Shown here piece by piece: positions 63,600 to 64,000 of a stretch of DNA of 64,000 bases (the stretch's first letter is position 1; each line of letters begins with the position of its first letter). The notes under the pieces are model-generated. The model was not told where the DNA came from. It was given only the letters and a program-made list of their open reading frames with translations, and did not search any database. The translations under genes and the position numbers were made by a program. Origin of the DNA: Macrostomum hystrix (taxonomy: Eukaryota > Animalia > Platyhelminthes); NCBI GenBank assembly GCA_950097015.1, contig CATNEN010000003.1, positions 13,950,001 to 14,014,000 of the forward strand, given 5' to 3'.

Positions 63600-64000
63600 T
63601 TGTCTACTCCTTTGTCTACTTCTCTTTTATCGTTGTCTACACCGCTCCCTACCTGTCTACCCTTATCTTAGTCTACTCCGCTCCCTACCTGTCTACCCTT
63701 ATCTCAGTCTATTCCGCTCCCTACCTGTCTACCCTTATCTCAGTCTACTCCGCTCCCAACCTGTCTACCCTTATCTCAGTCTACACCGCTCCCTACCTGT
63801 CTACCCTTATCTTAGTCTACTCCGCTCCCTACCTGTCTACCCTTATCTCAGTCTATTCCGCTCCCTACCTGTCTACCTTTATCTTAGTCTACTCCGCTCC
63901 CAACCTGTCTACCCTTATCTCAGTCTACTCCGCTCCCAACCTGTCTACCTTTATCTTAGTCTACTCCGCTCCCTACCTGTCTACCCTTATCTCAGTCTAC
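63600..64000. repeat. Minisatellite, 36-bp unit (runs off the window end)
   Basis: Unit ccgctccctacctgtctacccttatctcagtctact. Confidence 0.95.

Noticed and set aside
62730-63600. ORFs 62921-63151 and 63183-63473 as possible TRIM9 B-box exons or a transposase
   Set aside because: No B-box Cys/His pattern or recognisable domain; probably non-coding or decayed repeat sequence.

Overview
Animal (invertebrate) nuclear DNA with GT-AG introns and no prokaryotic features. The style of the repeat-filled introns suggests a flatworm such as Macrostomum, but that is an unverified impression. Three protein-coding genes can be reconstructed by hand with phase-consistent splice sites. (1) The 3' part of a ZFYVE26/spastizin ortholog on + (11 exons, 78-41433, including the FYVE domain). 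(2) A two-exon orphan class A GPCR nested antisense in a ZFYVE26 intron (26137-23259, about 393 aa). (3) The 3' part of a TRIM9/TRIM67 ortholog on - (6 exons, 60283-45485; coiled-coil/COS, FN3, SPRY), convergent with ZFYVE26. About 35 kb (roughly half the window, my tally) is about 33 separate minisatellite arrays with units of 5-73 bp. They fill almost every large intron, often start within tens of bases of a splice site, and are absent from 42.2-45.4 kb between the two genes. Several arrays carry splice-site-like motifs, higher-order duplications, or related partners elsewhere in the window, including an inverted pair flanking two in-frame TRIM9 exons. There are also tRNA-derived SINEs of at least two families (one inserted in an array, one chimeric fragment abutting the GPCR ATG) and a TTAA-flanked TIR element. 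Most long ORFs in the supplied track are repeat artefacts.
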